A stretch of DNA of 63,855 nt, counting the filler, from Collodictyon triciliatum (Eukaryota), in NCBI GenBank assembly GCA_043381765.1. It is 7 parts of 7 records of this genome, joined end to end, with 100 filler letters (N's around TTAATTAATTAA, not from the genome) between each part and the next. Parts side by side here need not be neighbours in the genome. Positions count along the whole stretch, not along the records: positions 62,723 to 63,855 come from JBHJMP010002511.1; 6 more parts are not named here. The stretch is one strand, 5' to 3'. The number at the start of each line of letters is the position of its first letter. Position 1 is the stretch's first letter. The translations under genes and the position numbers were made by a program. This document shows positions 62,878 to 63,855 of this stretch, in pieces. The notes beneath the pieces are model-generated. The model saw nothing but the letters and a program-made list of their open reading frames with translations, was not told the DNA's origin and made no database searches.

Positions 62878-63780
62878 TACGTGCCAATAAAGTCGAACAG
62901 AGCTCGTACGATTTGTCCGGTCGGGATAGGCTCTTCATCCACCAGCGCATCTAAATGTATGAAATTTCAGTCATATAATAAGGGAGAAAAAAGAAGATAA
63001 AACCTGCGCAATATTTCAGGCTCCGTAAAACACATAATACCTTCAGGAAGTTCGTCCTCTTCTGTCTCCTCAACAAATTCGAGAGGAAACCAGCCCACTT
63101 TGGACTTGCATTCTCCACGACACCATCCGCTAATCCGCATTAGATCGTTAGGGAAAAAAATCGAACCATAAAATTACGATAGCATACTCAAATATTGACA
63201 GAATATTTAAAACAAAACAGGAGTCATGATACGAAATTCAGAGTTATATTTTGATTGGAGAAAATAAAACCTCTCGTCCGACTGTATTATCACAACAACG
63301 TCCCCTACTTTAAGAGACAAAAAACCAGCATCGTCGTTTATGTAGTCGAATAAAGCTTTAACGAAAGAGCCTGGCTCAGGAATGCATATTTCTTCCATTT
63401 CGACGATACCAGGCTGCAATCAAAATGATGTAAAAAATTTGATATTTGATAAAAGGTATTTACTATTGAGAGTAAGTATAAATCAAAGAGATGATGAAAC
63501 ATAGACACAAAACACTATGTTTTCTCTCTTTTTTCTTAGAAAAAAGAAAAAAAAAGGAGAAATTGAATTTCTTGACTCCATGAATAGCAGATGACAGGAA
63601 AATGATAATGTTTCTGGACATATACACATATATGAGAAAATGAGAACCGATTCGAACGCCATCGAGGCTCTTAGAGACGGAGCAACTATAGTTGGGCGCC
63701 TCACTTTCGGTACTTCAATGGGTATATGAACGTCTGCTAATTTCTTTTCAATTTCGGCCTTTTCGCCTGTAAAAACCAGA
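62878..63780 (-). CDS. Protein with at least two SH3 domains (partial)
   Basis: VKALFDY..LSLKVGDVVVI..SGWCRGE..VGWFPLEFV, then IVRALFDF. Confidence 0.85.
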
Positions 63781-63855
63781 AAAAAAGGAAGACAAGAAGA
63801 GAAAGGGGGGAAAACAAAAACAAAAACAAAAACAAAAAACAAAAAACAAACAAAA

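Overview
AT-rich, intron-dense, microsatellite-rich eukaryotic DNA, probably from a ciliated or flagellated protist or early fungus (a KATNIP homologue is present). The genetic code looks standard. Six 100-nt N-TTAATTAATTAA-N linkers split the window into seven pieces, and genes are cut off at several of them, so gene order across linkers is not trustworthy. Hand-spliced housekeeping genes: DENND11, a CNEP1R1/Spo7-like protein, Rab18, proteasome beta-2, KATNIP (partial), U2A', an ERCC6L/PICH-like helicase (partial) and an SH3 protein (partial). Most unusual items: (1) a tandem degenerate-plus-intact RlaP/YcgL-type nucleotidyltransferase that probably splices onto a RasGAP lacking its arginine finger and a CRAL-TRIO domain; (2) a giant NLR-like STAND protein, CH-DUF4062-NACHT-TPR-pentapeptide-WD40-Sel1-(GPQP[YF][AD])n, whose C-terminal part is one long exon resembling a bacterial-type module; (3) two consecutive U12-type AT-AC introns in KATNIP; (4) a tandem degenerate-plus-intact CHST15-like sulfotransferase; (5) two intronless GC-rich genes, a putative glycosyltransferase and a large LRR protein. 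All family calls come from motif recognition by eye; no database search was run.
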